Shown: positions 48,001 to 62,389 of the stretch, in pieces
Position numbering within the stretch: position 1 is the first letter of the stretch
How the letters are laid out: each line of letters starts with the position of its first letter
Assembly: GCA_013239625.1 (NCBI GenBank)
Contig: MU053504.1
Span: 932,001-996,000 of the forward strand
Direction: 5' to 3'
Length of the DNA stretch: 64,000 nucleotides
Source of the DNA: Lama guanicoe
Lineage: Eukaryota
Position numbers and translations under genes: made by a program
Notes under the pieces: model-generated
What the model was told of the DNA's origin: nothing
What the model saw: the letters and a program-made list of their open reading frames with translations, nothing else
Database searches by the model: none

Positions 48001-49020
48001 TCAACAAATGATGGTGGAATAGTTGGACATTCACATGCCAAAAAATAAATAAATAAATAAACCTCAACTTACATTTCATCTTATACAAAAATTAACTCAA
48101 AATGATCACAGAAGAATGTAAAATATAAAACATTTAAAAGAAAACACAAGAGAAATTTTCATGACTTTTAGTTAGGCAAAGAGTTCACAGGCATGACTCA
48201 CTAAAAATTATTGATAAATTGGACTTCATGAAAATTTTAAATGTTTGCTCTGCCAAGAGAATGAAAAAACAAGCTACATATGGGGGAGAAAATATTTGCA
48301 AATCATATATTTTGTAAAAGACTGTGTTCAAAATATATAAAGAAGTCTCAAAATTCAGCAATAAGACAAAAAAAAAAAGGCCAAATATTTGAACAGCTAC
48401 GTTTCCCCAAAAAAGACCTATGAATAGCAAGTAAGTGTATGAAAAGATGCCTAATATTATTAGCCCTCATGGAAATGCAAACCAAAACTATATTGAGATA
48501 CCATTATACACCAGCTAGAATGGCTAAAATTAAGGGGGAAAAATCCTAACAATACCAACTGCTGATGAGGATTCAGAGCAACTAGAACTCTCATACACTG
48601 CTGGTGGGAAGGAAAACGGTATGGCCACTCTGTCCAACAGCTGATAAGCAAATTGGACTATCAACTCTATACATTATTACTAAGCAATGAAAAAGAATGA
48701 CTTATTGATACACATAATAATACGAGTGTCTTTCAGAAACGTTATGCTGAGTGAAAAAAGTCAGCATCAAAATACTGTATAATCCCATTTATATGACATC
48801 TATATGGCAAAATTATAGGGACAAAGAATAGATCTGTGGTTGTCAGGGGTTGCTGGTTGAGGGAAGGTTTGTCTATAAAGGTGCAGCATGAGGAAATTTG
48901 AGAGGATGATGGAACTCTTCTGTATTCTGATTCTGGTTGTGGTTATTTGAATATTGCATGCATTAAACTTCATAAAACAGTATATCAAAAAAGTCAATGC
49001 CCCATATGTAAATTTTTTAA
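45040..49020 (+). mobile_element. Degraded LINE-1 (old L1M-type): ORF2 remnant and 3' UTR
   Basis: A-rich. Endonuclease remnant IRCLQE near 45353 and RT remnant EIKLSLFMDNVIIYTEN at 47301-47351 (decayed LFADD motif). Many stops and frameshifts. Confidence 0.9.
46250..46336 (+). repeat. (GGAA)n microsatellite inside the L1
   Basis: Direct reading: GAAGGAAGGAAGG... Confidence 0.9.
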
Positions 49021-51889
49021 AGCCTCAATGACAGAAAACGGTAGAGCAATGTCTACAAAGTTCCCAACCCAAACCCGATAGTTTTATACCCAGCCAAGTC
49101 TTCATTTGTATGAATGAAATGGCAACACACAGACATTTTCAAGTGTGCACGAGTCCAGGAAATACAGGAGAAATAAGATATTCTTTAAAAAGTACTTATT
49201 TATGAAATCCAGCCAACAAAGAGATGAGTCAAAATAAAGAATTCAGTAAACAAAAGGACAAGTGGTGAGCACAGAATTATTTAAATACATAATTAAGATT
49301 AATAATTATGATTGCCAAAAAAGACATCAATGTTCTAAATCTCGACAATATAAAAATAGCAAAAACTTGCAAGTTTGGAAAGAGAAAATGAAAAGAATTG
49401 TAAGAGTGCTAATGCCATCATGTCTGATAACAGGGAGTGATTCCCATACTCTCTAGAATAAAAATTTACCTAAAAACTACTCTAATCATTTGTATTTTAT
49501 AACTTTTTTCCTTACCCTTAAAATGACTTTTTAAAATGTTTTATTTTGAAATAATTTTAGAGTTACAGAAGAGTTGAAAACAATAATAGAGAAAATGTGG
49601 TATACTCTTCATTAGTGTCCCCTGATGCTAACATTTTACACGACCGTAATACAATGATCAAAACCAGGAAATCAACATTGATATAATACTACATGTGAAC
49701 TATACACTTTATTAAAATATCACCAATTTTCTCACTGAGGTCCTTTTCCCAGTTCAGAATCCAATCCAGGATCCCACATTGCATTTAACAGCTATAATAA
49801 TTCCCTTGGAGTAATTGTTAAGAAATAACATCTCTTGGGGGAAGAAAAATTACTTGGAACTCAGCAATTACTTCAATTTCACTTCAGTTTTTTTTTCCTT
49901 TAAATTCAAGTAAAGTTAAATTACACTTTTATTTAAAATACTATTGCAACAACACCAATGTCATGTGTCACAAGAGTTGAATGATTAATATCTCAATACT
50001 CATCAGGGAAAAAAAACTGATCAGGGTGCTGAAATGTTCCCTGAAAATCCTTATTAGCCAGAAAGTAATAGAATGCCCAGGGCTGTTGTAGGTAACGGGA
50101 AACTTGAAAAGTTTTCAGCACAGAAATGATCAGATTTGTCTATTTCACAACATACCTGTGGCTGTTACGCAGAGGATGAATTTCAGGGCTAAACCTGGAG
50201 GACGTAAGTTGAGAGGCTCTTATAATAAAACAGGTAGACCATTTAGGAATCCATCTGGCTCTAAGTAACAAGAAACCCAAATAATAGTGGTTTACACAAA
50301 AGAGGGGTTTATTCTTCTCACAAGAAAATCAGAGGCCAGCAGTTACTGGTGTTATCAACTGTTTCACCAAGGACCCAGGCAGTTTTTGTTTGTTTGTTTG
50401 TTTGTTTTTGTCTTTCTGTTCTATTATATCAGCTTTCATCTTCATAGTTGCAACATGGCTGCCATTGCTCCAAATATCACATCCATGTTCAAAAAAAGAA
50501 AAGTTCAAGGCAGATATAAGGCTCTACATCTATTTATTTTACCTCCAGGAGACTTTGGCTTTCATCTCCTTGGTCAGAACCATCACATCTAAGTGCAAAA
50601 GAGGCTCAGAAAGTGAGTATTTAACCTGAGATTATGCACATTACAGGCACAGGCAAAAATCATGACCCTTCTAGAATGGAAGAAGGAGGGAATGTATATG
50701 TTGGGTAAGCAATTAACAATGTCTGTCAGGGATGAGTTTAGGAGCCCCAAACTATGTCAGTGAATGGTGGCTGAAGATGAGCAGATACATTTGAGATATA
50801 CAGAAGATAGAAAAGGTAGGTAGAACTGGGTGACTGTCTGGCTATCAGGTATGAGAAAGAAAGAGAAATGAAGGATGCCTCTCAGGTTTCTGAGTTGGTA
50901 GAATAGGAGAAATGGGGTGCTAGGACTGAAGGGGGAAATGCTACCTGCTGTTTCCTTGGGGCTCCCAATATACTGAGCAACATTAACAAAGTGTTCCTTG
51001 ATTAATTTTAAAATAACAAAAACCCCACCATCTAATAAGCACATACAATGGACCAGGCATGGCACCAAATGTTTTATATGCATTATGTGTTTTAATCTTT
51101 GTTTCAGTTCAGTTAGTTTGGTCTCTTTTGGTCATTGGAATATCAGCAATATCCAGAAAAGCACCCAGTACATAGTAGGTGCTCTAAAAGTATTACACAC
51201 AAGAAGAAAGAAGCAGGATCATCATTACTTCATAGTGAAAAACCTGAGGTTCAGAGAAGTTAAATGGCTTGCCTAACCTGAGGTTATACATCTGTAGAAT
51301 GGGAGAGCCAAGAGTTCAGCTTAGCCCTGTGTGTTTCCACCATGGTTTACCATCTTCCTGTTAAGCAAAGCTATGATAAACTCCCATTTCTTCAGAGAAA
51401 ATGGAACCACAGGGAACTAAAACCTTTTCAGACACCAAGCCCTTCCATAGTTTCCCAAACCCTGCATGATCTGGCCTCTCAATGCCTCCCGCTTCAGTCT
51501 CCTGTCACTCTCCCCTCCTGGCTGTGCTCCGGTCACTTTGCTCCTTGCTCACACAGGTCTTCTCTGCCTCAAAGCTGACCTCAGGTTCTTCCCTCTGCCC
51601 CAAAGGCTCCGTTCAGGTCCCAGATGGATACATAGCTCTTTCTCATCCATCAGCTCTCAGAGGCTTACCCTGACCCCTAGGCACAGGATCTCTTAGCACC
51701 ATCTTTTCTATAGCACTTCTTGGAGCCATTAACTAAAAAGATATTGGCATGATTACCTGTTTATTGTCTAAACTCATACTAAAATATGAGCTCCATGAAG
51801 GTAAAATATCTGACTCATTCACTATATTCCTACAGACCAGCACAGTTATCTGGTACATAGAAGATGCTCAGTACATATTTTATGCCAGA

Positions 51890-52135
51890 AGGGATAGATA
51901 AATGAATGTGGTAGGTGGGTGGATATAATGGATAGATGGATACAATGAATGCATGAATGAATAAACAGATAAATGGATGGATGGATGGATGTTACAGATG
52001 AATAGACAGATGCTATGGTTGGTTGGTTGGTTGGATGAATGGATGAATGGATGGATGGATGGATGCATAGATGTTACAGAAGAACAGACAGATACTATGG
52101 TTGGTTGGTTGGATGGATGGATGGGTGGATGGAGA
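51890..52135 (+). repeat. (GGAT)n/(GGTT)n compound repeat with an 82-bp higher-order duplication
   Basis: GATGTTACAGA.GAA.AGACAGAT.CTATGGTTGGTTGG occurs at 51988 and 52070. Confidence 0.85.
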
Positions 52136-55100
52136 GGCTTGCTCCAGACCACTTATCCCACAGGCTTCTCATCTCATATTCCCGGGTTTCTTGGCAGGCT
52201 GCCCCCTGCTGCAACTTTTGATTACTTCCTCTTCCTTTGCTGGCAAAGACTGCCTGATTGGATCTTACCTGGGCCCACACTGCTGGGAAAGTAGCCAAGA
52301 AACTCTAGATCTGACTTGGGTGTGTGGCAGCAAGAGATTGTGGGACGATATGAAAATATCCTCCCCCTTGGGAGCAGGTGGGCCCACGGCAATTACACAG
52401 TAGAAAGGGCTCTTGAAGTAAATCTGTCTTGCACAAACGGGTTCGAGTTAAATTTGACCTGAGCCATGAATCATGCTGTCAGTCTCCCATTCAACCACAG
52501 CACGAGCCAGCAACCTTTGTGAGCGCTACTATTTATACAGATACAAATATATGTATTTATACAGACAGAGGTATGTGTGCAACTAAAGCATTCTGATTAA
52601 TTGTATCCTTGGTGAGAAAGACTTTTTTTCATCATCCCTCCTTTTGTGTTTAGTCAAAGCTGGTTCAAGGATGTGGAGATGGAGGCCCGTGAAGGACCAG
52701 GAGTGCTAGCAGTGGGAGGAGAGATCAACAATTCATTCAGCAAACGTTTCCTGATGCTGACTCAGGAGGAGCACTTGGGAGTGGGAGTCGGGGGTTGGAG
52801 GGTATGAAAGTTAATAAGACGTGCTTTTTGCCCCCATGTTATTCAGAGCCTGGTGGGGCTGCTGCCTGACAGGAGGAAGGAGAGTGGGTGGTTAAGGATT
52901 TAGACTCTGAAATCAAATAGATGGAGATTCAAATACCAGCTTCAGCATGTACTTGCTGAGGTGACCTTGGCAAGTTATTTAAAGTCTCTGAGCCCAAGCT
53001 CTCACCTCTATGGGTAAATATATATACGTACATATATTCTGAATATATTTATATTCTGTCTTCCGGAGCTTGTGTGAGTCCAGAATGAAACAGTGAGTGT
53101 AAAGCCTGGCACAGACTAAATCCTCAAGACTCATCACCATCATCATCATCACATCATCATAACCAATACTTCTTCAGTGTTCACTATGTGCCAGGGACAA
53201 AAGGCACTTATGTGTAGGAACTCACTCAATCCCCGGAGATATCATTATCCTCCTTTCTCCTCCCTCCTCCACCCACACCCCATTTTTCAGATGGAAGAAA
53301 GTGTTACACAAAGAACTGAAGTGACTTGCCCAAGGTCGCACTTCTACTAACTGATGTCTCCAGGCCTCAGAATACAAACCCAGATCCAGAGGGTCACAGA
53401 TCCACTCCAGTATTTCTTTGGTGCCCTTCTGGCACCCTCTTCTTCCCAGTGCTGATCCCCTGGCCCAGCCTTGAGGGAAATGGCTTCTTTGCTTACTCGT
53501 TGTCATTAAGTGCCAGGTAGTTTATGTACAGGAGAAACAGTATTGGGTCGTGTTTATGGCTTGAATCCATGCTCTTCTCTTATGTGGAAGAAAAGATCCC
53601 TAACAACAGTACTCTGATGGACATCCTACCTTGAATTTATGGGGAGGCAGGGTGTCCTGAGGGGCTGGGTGGTGGTTGGGAACAGCCTGACCCTGGTAGG
53701 TGGTCCAGGATGAAGGAGGGAGGGAAGGAAAGAGGGTGGGGGAGGGAGGGAAGGAGGGAAGGAGGGAGGATGCACAAACACACTGGTAGGACCCCACCCC
53801 TTCACCGTTCTAATTCATCTCAGAACCAGAATGTACTCTTCTTCTTGTCTCAGTTTCACATCACAGCAATCACCGCCTGACACTAAACAATCGTCTGGAG
53901 GGTCTCATGTTCCATCCACCCCAAGGAGCTTAACAACTTACTCTTTTAAACAATTTCAGGGCTCTCCAGGTCCCACCCCAGTCCAACAGACATCAAACCT
54001 CTGGGGGCAGGACCCAGGCATTGGTATTTTTCTTAATCCACCCAGCAAAAAAACTACCCATAACCATTTCCACTACCCTTGAGTGCCTAACTCATATTGG
54101 CCTTTCCAGTCTCACTTCCTCCAGGAAGCCTTCCTGCTGGCATACCCCAATCCGAGTTGGGTGCACCTCCTCTAAACTCCCACAAAGTACCGTATGTCTG
54201 TGTTCACACTTAGCACCTCAGTGAAATTGTGCATTTACTTTCTCTTCCCCTCTGAACCTTGAGTGTTACATCCATATTGTGTCTTATTTCAGGCATCTGT
54301 CCCCCGAGTCTAGTACAAAGGTCTCCCCTGTTGTAAAGGAGCTTAGTAACTGTGGAATAAATGAGCAGTTGAACATTAAGGATGCTTCTGGCTTTCTACT
54401 CTTATAAATAACAGTGAGCATCTCCATAAATATTTTCTTGTGTTTTAGAATATTTCCCCAGAAGTAGGGCTACTGGGACAAAGACAGAGATTCATGTGTC
54501 TCTTGTTACAGGCACATGTATTTCCTCCATACTTCTCCCTTCCCTCTTCCTAACAAGACCAGGAATGTGTCACTCATAGAGTTTGGATAGGACTGACTCA
54601 ACCCCTTGAGTAAATCTCTGATTTAATCCAATCAGGACATCTTACCGTTTCTCCACACTCACCCACTGCTGCACAGAGTGATGGATTTAGGGATGATTAC
54701 ATGATCAAAACCAGGCCCATCAGCAGGACCAACCAGACTCAGATCCGATACTTTTTTTTCACTATTAGGAAAATGTACTCTTCTGACAGGAGTCAGAAAG
54801 CATATAGCCCTGGTGCTGGTGACACCAGTTTCATGGCCACAAAAGGAAATCTCATTGCTTGCTAAGGATTAGCACATATCCCTCCTTCCTGTAAGGAAGG
54901 AGAGGGGAGAATTTCAGAAAAAGAAACTGATGTGGTCACGCTGCTGCTGGATTAAGCCTCACCTGAAACTCGACTTACCTCCCAAGTTTTGAGCTATGGG
55001 AGTCAATACATTCCCTTTCTTGTCTAAGCCACTTCAAATTGGATTTTTTGCTGTTGTTGTTTTTACTTTCAAACATAAACATCTTAATTCATGTACTGTG

Positions 55101-55459
55101 CTGCTGCCAAACTGTTTTTCAGAGTTGTCAACATTTGCTATTAGGCTTAAATTGGTTTTAACTTATTAGATAAGACAGCTGCTTCTAAGAATTCAATAAT
55201 TCAGGATATCAGGGGTCACAAAGACGCTAGAATGTTGATTCAATCACATTGCCTCCCCCACCCCTGCCAACCCCAGTGAGCAGGAGAATATAAAGTCAAG
55301 TGTCATCTGTCACACCTGACCTGGAAGAATGAGTAGATGAAAGACAAATTTCTATTCCCAGATGGTGCTGTGAATTATTTTTTAGGCTGAAAATTTTAAG
55401 AGTAACTCTTTCCATTTTTTTAAAATATAAAGCAACCCTTGTTTATTACAGAAAAATCA

Positions 55460-56000
55460 GAAAATAGCTATGTTTCAACAACCTATTGCTGCGTAACAAA
55501 CCATTCCAAAGTAGAGAAGCTTCAAATAACAACTTGATTATGCTCCTACATTCTGTGGGTGAAGACTTCAGAAATGGCACAGTAGGGATGACATGTAATT
55601 GCCCCACCAAGGACCCTGAACTGGGAAGACTCATAGCTGAGATTGACTTGATTCTGGGGGCAGAATTTTCTGGAGGGAACTGGACTTACATGTCTGACTT
55701 TTGATGCTGGCTGTTAGCTGGGACCTCAGCTGGGGCTGGACTGTCCATGTGGCCTGGGCTTCCTCATGAAGCATGGCTGCCTCAGACTTCCTACATGGAA
55801 GCTCGTCTCCAAGGCTTGTGTCCCAAAAGAACTAGACCAAAACTTCATGACCTGTTATGACCCAGCATCGGAAGTCACACAGCATCACTTCCACCACATT
55901 TCAATGGTCACTCCAGATTCAGTGGGAGAGAACACAGACCCCATCTTTTGCTGGCAAGGGTGTCAAAGAATTTTGGGGCATATTTTTAAATGACCACAAT
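55460..56000 (-). mobile_element. MaLR (MLT1-like) LTR
   Basis: TATTGCTGCGTAACAAACC...GAAGTCACACAGCATCACTTCC...TTTTTAAATGACCACA. Confidence 0.6.
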
Positions 56001-59000
56001 ATTCATGTAAAAAGAAGACAATGAGCAACAACACAGCTCTGCCCACCCAGAGAAAACCGCAATCAACATCTTGGCGGCTACTTCACGGAAACTTTTTTCT
56101 TATTGATTTTATAACACTGGGTTAATTTTAAGCCAAATTTCTTTTCCTTAAAAGTGAGAGAAACCCAATTCAAACTAATGTAAGCAATAAAAGAAATGTA
56201 TTGGATCATAGAATTGAAAATCCCATAGATCTCACTTCAGGAGAAGGTGGATCCAGAAGCTAGATAAGTGTCACCAGGATCTGTCTTACTACACCTCTCG
56301 GTTCTACTTTCTCTTAGCTGGTTTCATCTCAGGCAAGCTCTGCACCATGGTGGCGAAAGGCACACTACAGCTCATGGCATGCCTAGTCCTCAGTCTTTAT
56401 ACTTGTAGAAAGAGAGTTGCTTTTCACCTGAGAGGTCTACCCTCATCCTGGGGATGGCCTCCACTGGCCCAGCGTGAGTCATGAGCTCAGGGCGACCTCT
56501 AATGAGTGGCCTGCCCAAGAGTATTCTGGGGAGATGAAAATTCATGTCCACCACAGGGATTATACCACACATGCAGTTTTGTCCCCTGCTTTTTTTTCTG
56601 ATTAACTTTACATCCACGCCTATGAATATGCTTCCAATAACACCATTTAGAATGACTGCTTTGGAGTCCTATGGGTGGATGCACCATTATTTAATTAAGT
56701 TCCCTGTTGTCAAACATTTAGATATTTCCAATTCTTTCATTGCAACAATCAGCACAGTATGCCTTTTAACTACATCTTTGCAGACATCCACCAAATATTA
56801 TTTCTAGATGTGGAATTGCTAAGTCAAAGGACATGCAGGTTTTTCATGCACTTTTTCGTCACACTGTCTTTGTGAAATGTTGTAACACCTTATACTCCCA
56901 CTTACGTGATTTAAGATTGCTGATTCCTCCCCAGCCATACCCATCCTGGGTCCTAACACTTTAGTAACAAAACCTTTGGCAAACAGACAAAATGGCATTT
57001 TGCGGTTTTAATTTACATTTCTCTTATTGCTAGTGAGGCTCAATGAATTTCAATTCCTCCAGTATAAATGGCATTCCCCAGAAGAGAAGCAAAATGCCTT
57101 TAAGAGTGGACTGGCCCAGAGCCCACAGCCCCCAGTCCCTGAGAGACAGTGGGGTGCTGATTGTAATGATAATTTAAATAATAATGGCTACTGTCATAAA
57201 GCATTTACTACGATCAAGGGTTGTGCCCAACACTCTCCACTCACCGTCGTGTTTAGCTTCCTCAGACATCATATATCACCCCAACCATTAGGGGCTTGTA
57301 GAGCTTTACTCACAGGTCCCAGTTTCATGGCTATAAAATCTCCCTCAAGATTTCTGCAAAGGGATTTGCTTTACTGCGTCCCCTGCAGGAAAGTCTCGGT
57401 TTCGTGCCCTAACTCCTCAGCTTTTTATTTGTCTAAGAGCTCTACTCACACAGAGCATTTTGTAAGTTTTGTCAATTTGAATACAGCCTTGGCAGCTGCA
57501 GGAAGCAGGCAACAGGCTTACTGCTCCCTGTCTGGGCAACTTCATCTTTTCTTGTTTTCTCTCTCCATCTCAGGAGCAAAATACATCCCTCTCCGTGTCT
57601 GTTCAGCAGCTTGGGAATCGCCTTGGGTGGTTTAAACATGCCCTGGTAAGGGTGAGGATGTGTCTGACATCCTCTACGGACTCACTGAGTCTTGTTTTAT
57701 TTCCACACAAATGACAGGGGGGGAAATGGAAAATAAAATGTTCTCTCTGGCTTTTAACATCTATAAGGTAGGGGCTAATGCTGCCCCATTTTATAGGTGG
57801 AGAAAACTGAGGCTAAAAGAAATACAACAATTTGTGTGCAGTTCTACAGTCACATCATCTAAGAAACTCTGAAAGATGCTGTCCTGGCAACAGGAACTAC
57901 CTACTGACCCTGAACTTGCAGCCCATCTTCTTGCTCCCATGCCTTCCCTCCTGCTTCTCACTGACTGTACCACATTTTCCCATCATCCCCATGCCTGCTG
58001 CACAAAGAGACTGTATCCCCATCCTTCAACCTGCAGAGCAGAGCTCAGCCTGTAAAAGCTGGAGAGCTCTGTTGGACACACACCCATCTCAGCATGAAAG
58101 GTAAGAAAACGTGATCTTGAGACCTATTCCTCCAGCACCCCTAGCGCTCAGCCCTGAGAACAAGGCGCCAGGAGCAACTCTCGAGTTGGGCACAGCTCCC
58201 TGGCACATGGGCAGAGATCAGCCTGTACCAAGTACCAAGGCTGACGACTGACTCATTCGCCCAGATCCTTCCCGTTTTCTCAGCTCAGGCAGTTCCTGAC
58301 GCAGAGCTGAAAATTCTCCTCTGCCTCATTGTGCGCCTGTTCACGGGGGCGGGGGCTTTGGGTAGATTTCTGAAAAGCAATTATGCTTATTACTGGTTAG
58401 GATTTCAGAAACCTTCTCTGTTTGCTGAATGCATTAATTTGCAGCCCTTTCCATCACTCACTCTTCCTGACAGCCCCATTTTGCAGGTGGAAAAATGTGC
58501 AGATGGAGAGCAGTGGAGAAAGGCTGTAACAAAAAACCAAAGATGGAAGAGAGATTCAAAGGTGGAAGGAGAGCTTCCTGATGACATTATTGGTGCCTGT
58601 GGCATTCCCAGGGCTTCACCCTGGACATCTCAGTCATGTAAGCCAATAAATCTCCTCTTTTACTTAAACCAGTTCGAGCTGGCTTTCTCTTATTTGCCAT
58701 CACAGTCTTCTATTATGACTCTAATTTGTGGTGTCTTTTTTTTAAAAAAGTGTATCTGTTTATATACATATATACACATATACAAACTAAATGTTAGTAT
58801 TAAATATTCATAACATTTTAGCTTGTTTTACAAAATAAAGGCTCATTAAAAAAATTGAAACCATACAGAATGATACAAGATATAGATCTGGGGTTAAGCA
58901 TAACCAGTGAAGGGGCTTCCTCTGCCCTCTTCCACATTCCCACTGCAATTAAAGAGATAAAAGAGTGACCCGCAGGGAGAACAGAACTCCCGAGAAGACA

Positions 59001-59859
59001 ACAGCAATGAAACACTGAGGCTCTGTAGCCAATGGGCAAATGGTGACTGATCAGCCGATAAGAAAGCTAAACCCTGTGCAAGGCAGCGGAGACAGCGGAG
59101 AAGCAGAAAAGCCACCCCACTTATGCTCTGGGTTCCCCCAAAAGGCTCAGGGGTTGGAGGTGTCATGTGCCTCTTAAAACAAGTAGCACAGGAAATGGCA
59201 GGTTTGTTAAAAACCCATAAAAGAAGTGATTAAGGCCTCTGGCAGAGGACCCCTTTCTCAGGCAGAAGATTGGAGAGTGTCTTTCTGGCCTGAAGCAGGA
59301 CACCTTGGCCTTGGGATGGAGGTGGGGGTTGCCGGGTGGGGGGTTCCAGCCAGAAATCAGGAAGAGGCTGAGTGACATGAGAGGTAGAATCTGAAGGCTG
59401 AGGCCTCATTCTTCTCTCTACTCTGAGAGTCAGGCTTTTACTCTACCAGGCAGGCAACCAGAAGGTTCCACTCTGGGAAAAATGAGCCTCCCAAGAGAAA
59501 AGGCACAGGCAGCTGGGGCTTCCCGCAAATAGACAGCCCGGCCAATCAGTCCCTCCCCCACCAACACCTTTCTCCAATGCATTTATTTACATGTGTAATT
59601 GCTTACAAAGGAGGGAAGGTTGTGATTACTCACACTGTTCTGCCACTTGCTTTTTTAATTTAATAAGGTTCTATGGACTCAGCCCATGTCTGTGCAATAG
59701 ACTTAAATCTATGAAGAACAGGACATTCACGCAGGCTCCCAGTATCACTCACAGGTTACTGATGTACAGAGGGCGGCGGGGTGGGGGTTGCTTTCCAGGG
59801 AGAAATCTGCCGCACAGTGCTTTAACCAAAGGATCAAATTTGGAGTCAGGAATAAGTGA

Positions 59860-60340
59860 CACGCTGATACCACATGTCTTTTTATGTGATGCCCTAACAA
59901 GGACACAACATTACTTCCAAGACATGCCCACCTCAAACACACACCTTGATTCCAACCAGGAGCAAACAGACAAATCCAGAAAATGACTAGACTCTTCAAA
60001 AAGGTCAATGTTATGGGAGGGGAAAAAAAATCTAGAAATAAACTGTTCTAGATTGAAAGCAACTAAAGAGATTTGACAACTTAAATGGAGAGGAATTCTA
60101 GATTGGAAAGAAACTAGCTAAAAAGGACATTTGGGGGACAGATTTGAATAGAGAATGTAAATTTGAGTATATAATGCATAGAACGTATTTATGAATGTAT
60201 TAACGTCGAATTTCCTGAGTGTAGCGTAAATATGGCAAAATGTTAGCAACTGGTACAACTAAGTAAAGGATACATGGGCGTTTGCTGTACTTCCCTTGCA
60301 AGTCTTCAGTAGGCTTGAAATTTTTCAAAATAAAAAAGCT
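59860..60340 (+). mobile_element. Old L1 (L1MC/MD/ME-like) 3' fragment
   Basis: ACTCTTCAAAAAGGTCAATG...GCTTGAAATTTTTCAAAATAAAAA; recognised from memory. Confidence 0.5.
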
Positions 60341-61509
60341 GAGGGCATGAGGGAGTTGGCACTGGAGTCTGAGCCACAGGATTCATTTAGGAAGGTGACT
60401 CAACTTTTTCAAGTGCCTTCTCTGTCAAAGGGTGATAAGAATAGAACCTACCTCGTGAGCCTGTTAAATTAAATGAGATGATGCCTGCAAGTGCGTATCA
60501 GAGTTCCTGACATAGTAAATGTTAACTGTCATTATCTTCTGCCTCGTTCTTTTTTAATGGATACATAATTCCATTGTCTTGAGTTTCTCTTGATTTAGGC
60601 AAGAAAGTCATCACCCAGCTAATGAGGGCTGCTATTTTCTTGTCAGTGCCAGAGAAGGTGGTCACAGTTTGTGCTGGCTGCTAGGGAGTGGAGCACAAAG
60701 ACGTCTTGCTCCAGCTGATGTATCTGGGTGCCTGACTGGTAGACACCTGTGGTTTCAGAGCCCCTTTCCCCACCTCCTTCGGCTAAAAGAAACCCCTTTT
60801 CAGCTGGGAACCCATTCAGCGTGGTTTGAGTTGGGTTCACCCTGCTTCCTCCATTGCTACCGGGGTAGCCACCCACCTAGGTTCAGATAAAGCTCTCTCC
60901 TCCAGGTCACAGCAGTTACTTTTAGGATAAGCATCATCCTTCACACAGGGTTCTTCCTGGGAAATCTTTCCACCATGATCTGGAATACCTACGATGAACC
61001 AGAAACGCAGAAGCCGATAAAGCCCAGCCCCGGCCCCAGGCAATCCTTGGGTCTAGGAGGGGAGACTAACAAGATACAGGTCCAGCGGTCTAGAATCCCA
61101 ACCCCCTCCAATGATCAATACTTTTCATTCCTTTGTCATTTCTTCAAATGAGGCCCCTAAATTGAACTTCTCAGAAACGGGCTTTATCTGCAAGGCAGAG
61201 ATTTAAGGTTCTCTCCAAAAGACCTGGAAGGAGCAATTTCCTCCCAATTACCACTAGTTTCTCGTCAACACCATTCCCTTGGGAGGCATTAACAGAGGGG
61301 AGATGGCACCAGATGATACTGTCAGGGAACCTGCACTGTTAAATAACTTCTGAAAATTCCCAAGGTTTAATGACAACGCTTTTCTTTTGAACTCCTAACT
61401 CCTTTTTTCAAAAAGCACTCTCCAGCTATTTCATTTTATTGTGTTCAGACCATCCTTTGACGCAAATGGGACAAATATAGTCATATCCGTTCCTCTGATG
61501 GCAGAGGGG

Positions 61510-61757
61510 GTGGTGCAGTGTCAAGCAGAAAAGCACCAGTTCCGGCGGCAGAAACTGCCAGAATTCACTCTTGGCTCTGACAGCAGCTTGTAACCTGGGG
61601 CCAGTGACTCTGTTTCTTGGAGCCTTGGTTCCCTCATCTGCAAAATGGAGATTAAAAAAAAAGTCCTTACTTCACAGCCTTGTGGTAAAGCTCAAATGAA
61701 ATAATGAATGCAATGGCCAAACTTGGCATGTAGTAAGTGCTCAATAAATTTTAACCA
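61510..61757 (+). mobile_element. MIR SINE whose 3' tail was interrupted by the RPL17 retrocopy
   Basis: CCTCATCTGCAAAATGG core and TAGTAAGTGCTCAATAAAT 3' end. The ATTATT tail continues after 62397. Confidence 0.7.

Positions 61758-62389
<632 letters not shown>

Noticed and set aside
45040..49020. Possible active reverse transcriptase system
   Set aside because: The L1 ORF2 is fragmented by stops and frameshifts, and the catalytic FADD motif has decayed to FMDN.
57027..57635. 202-aa ORF
   Set aside because: Non-ATG start, no recognisable homology, partly repeat-like sequence and no supporting gene structure.
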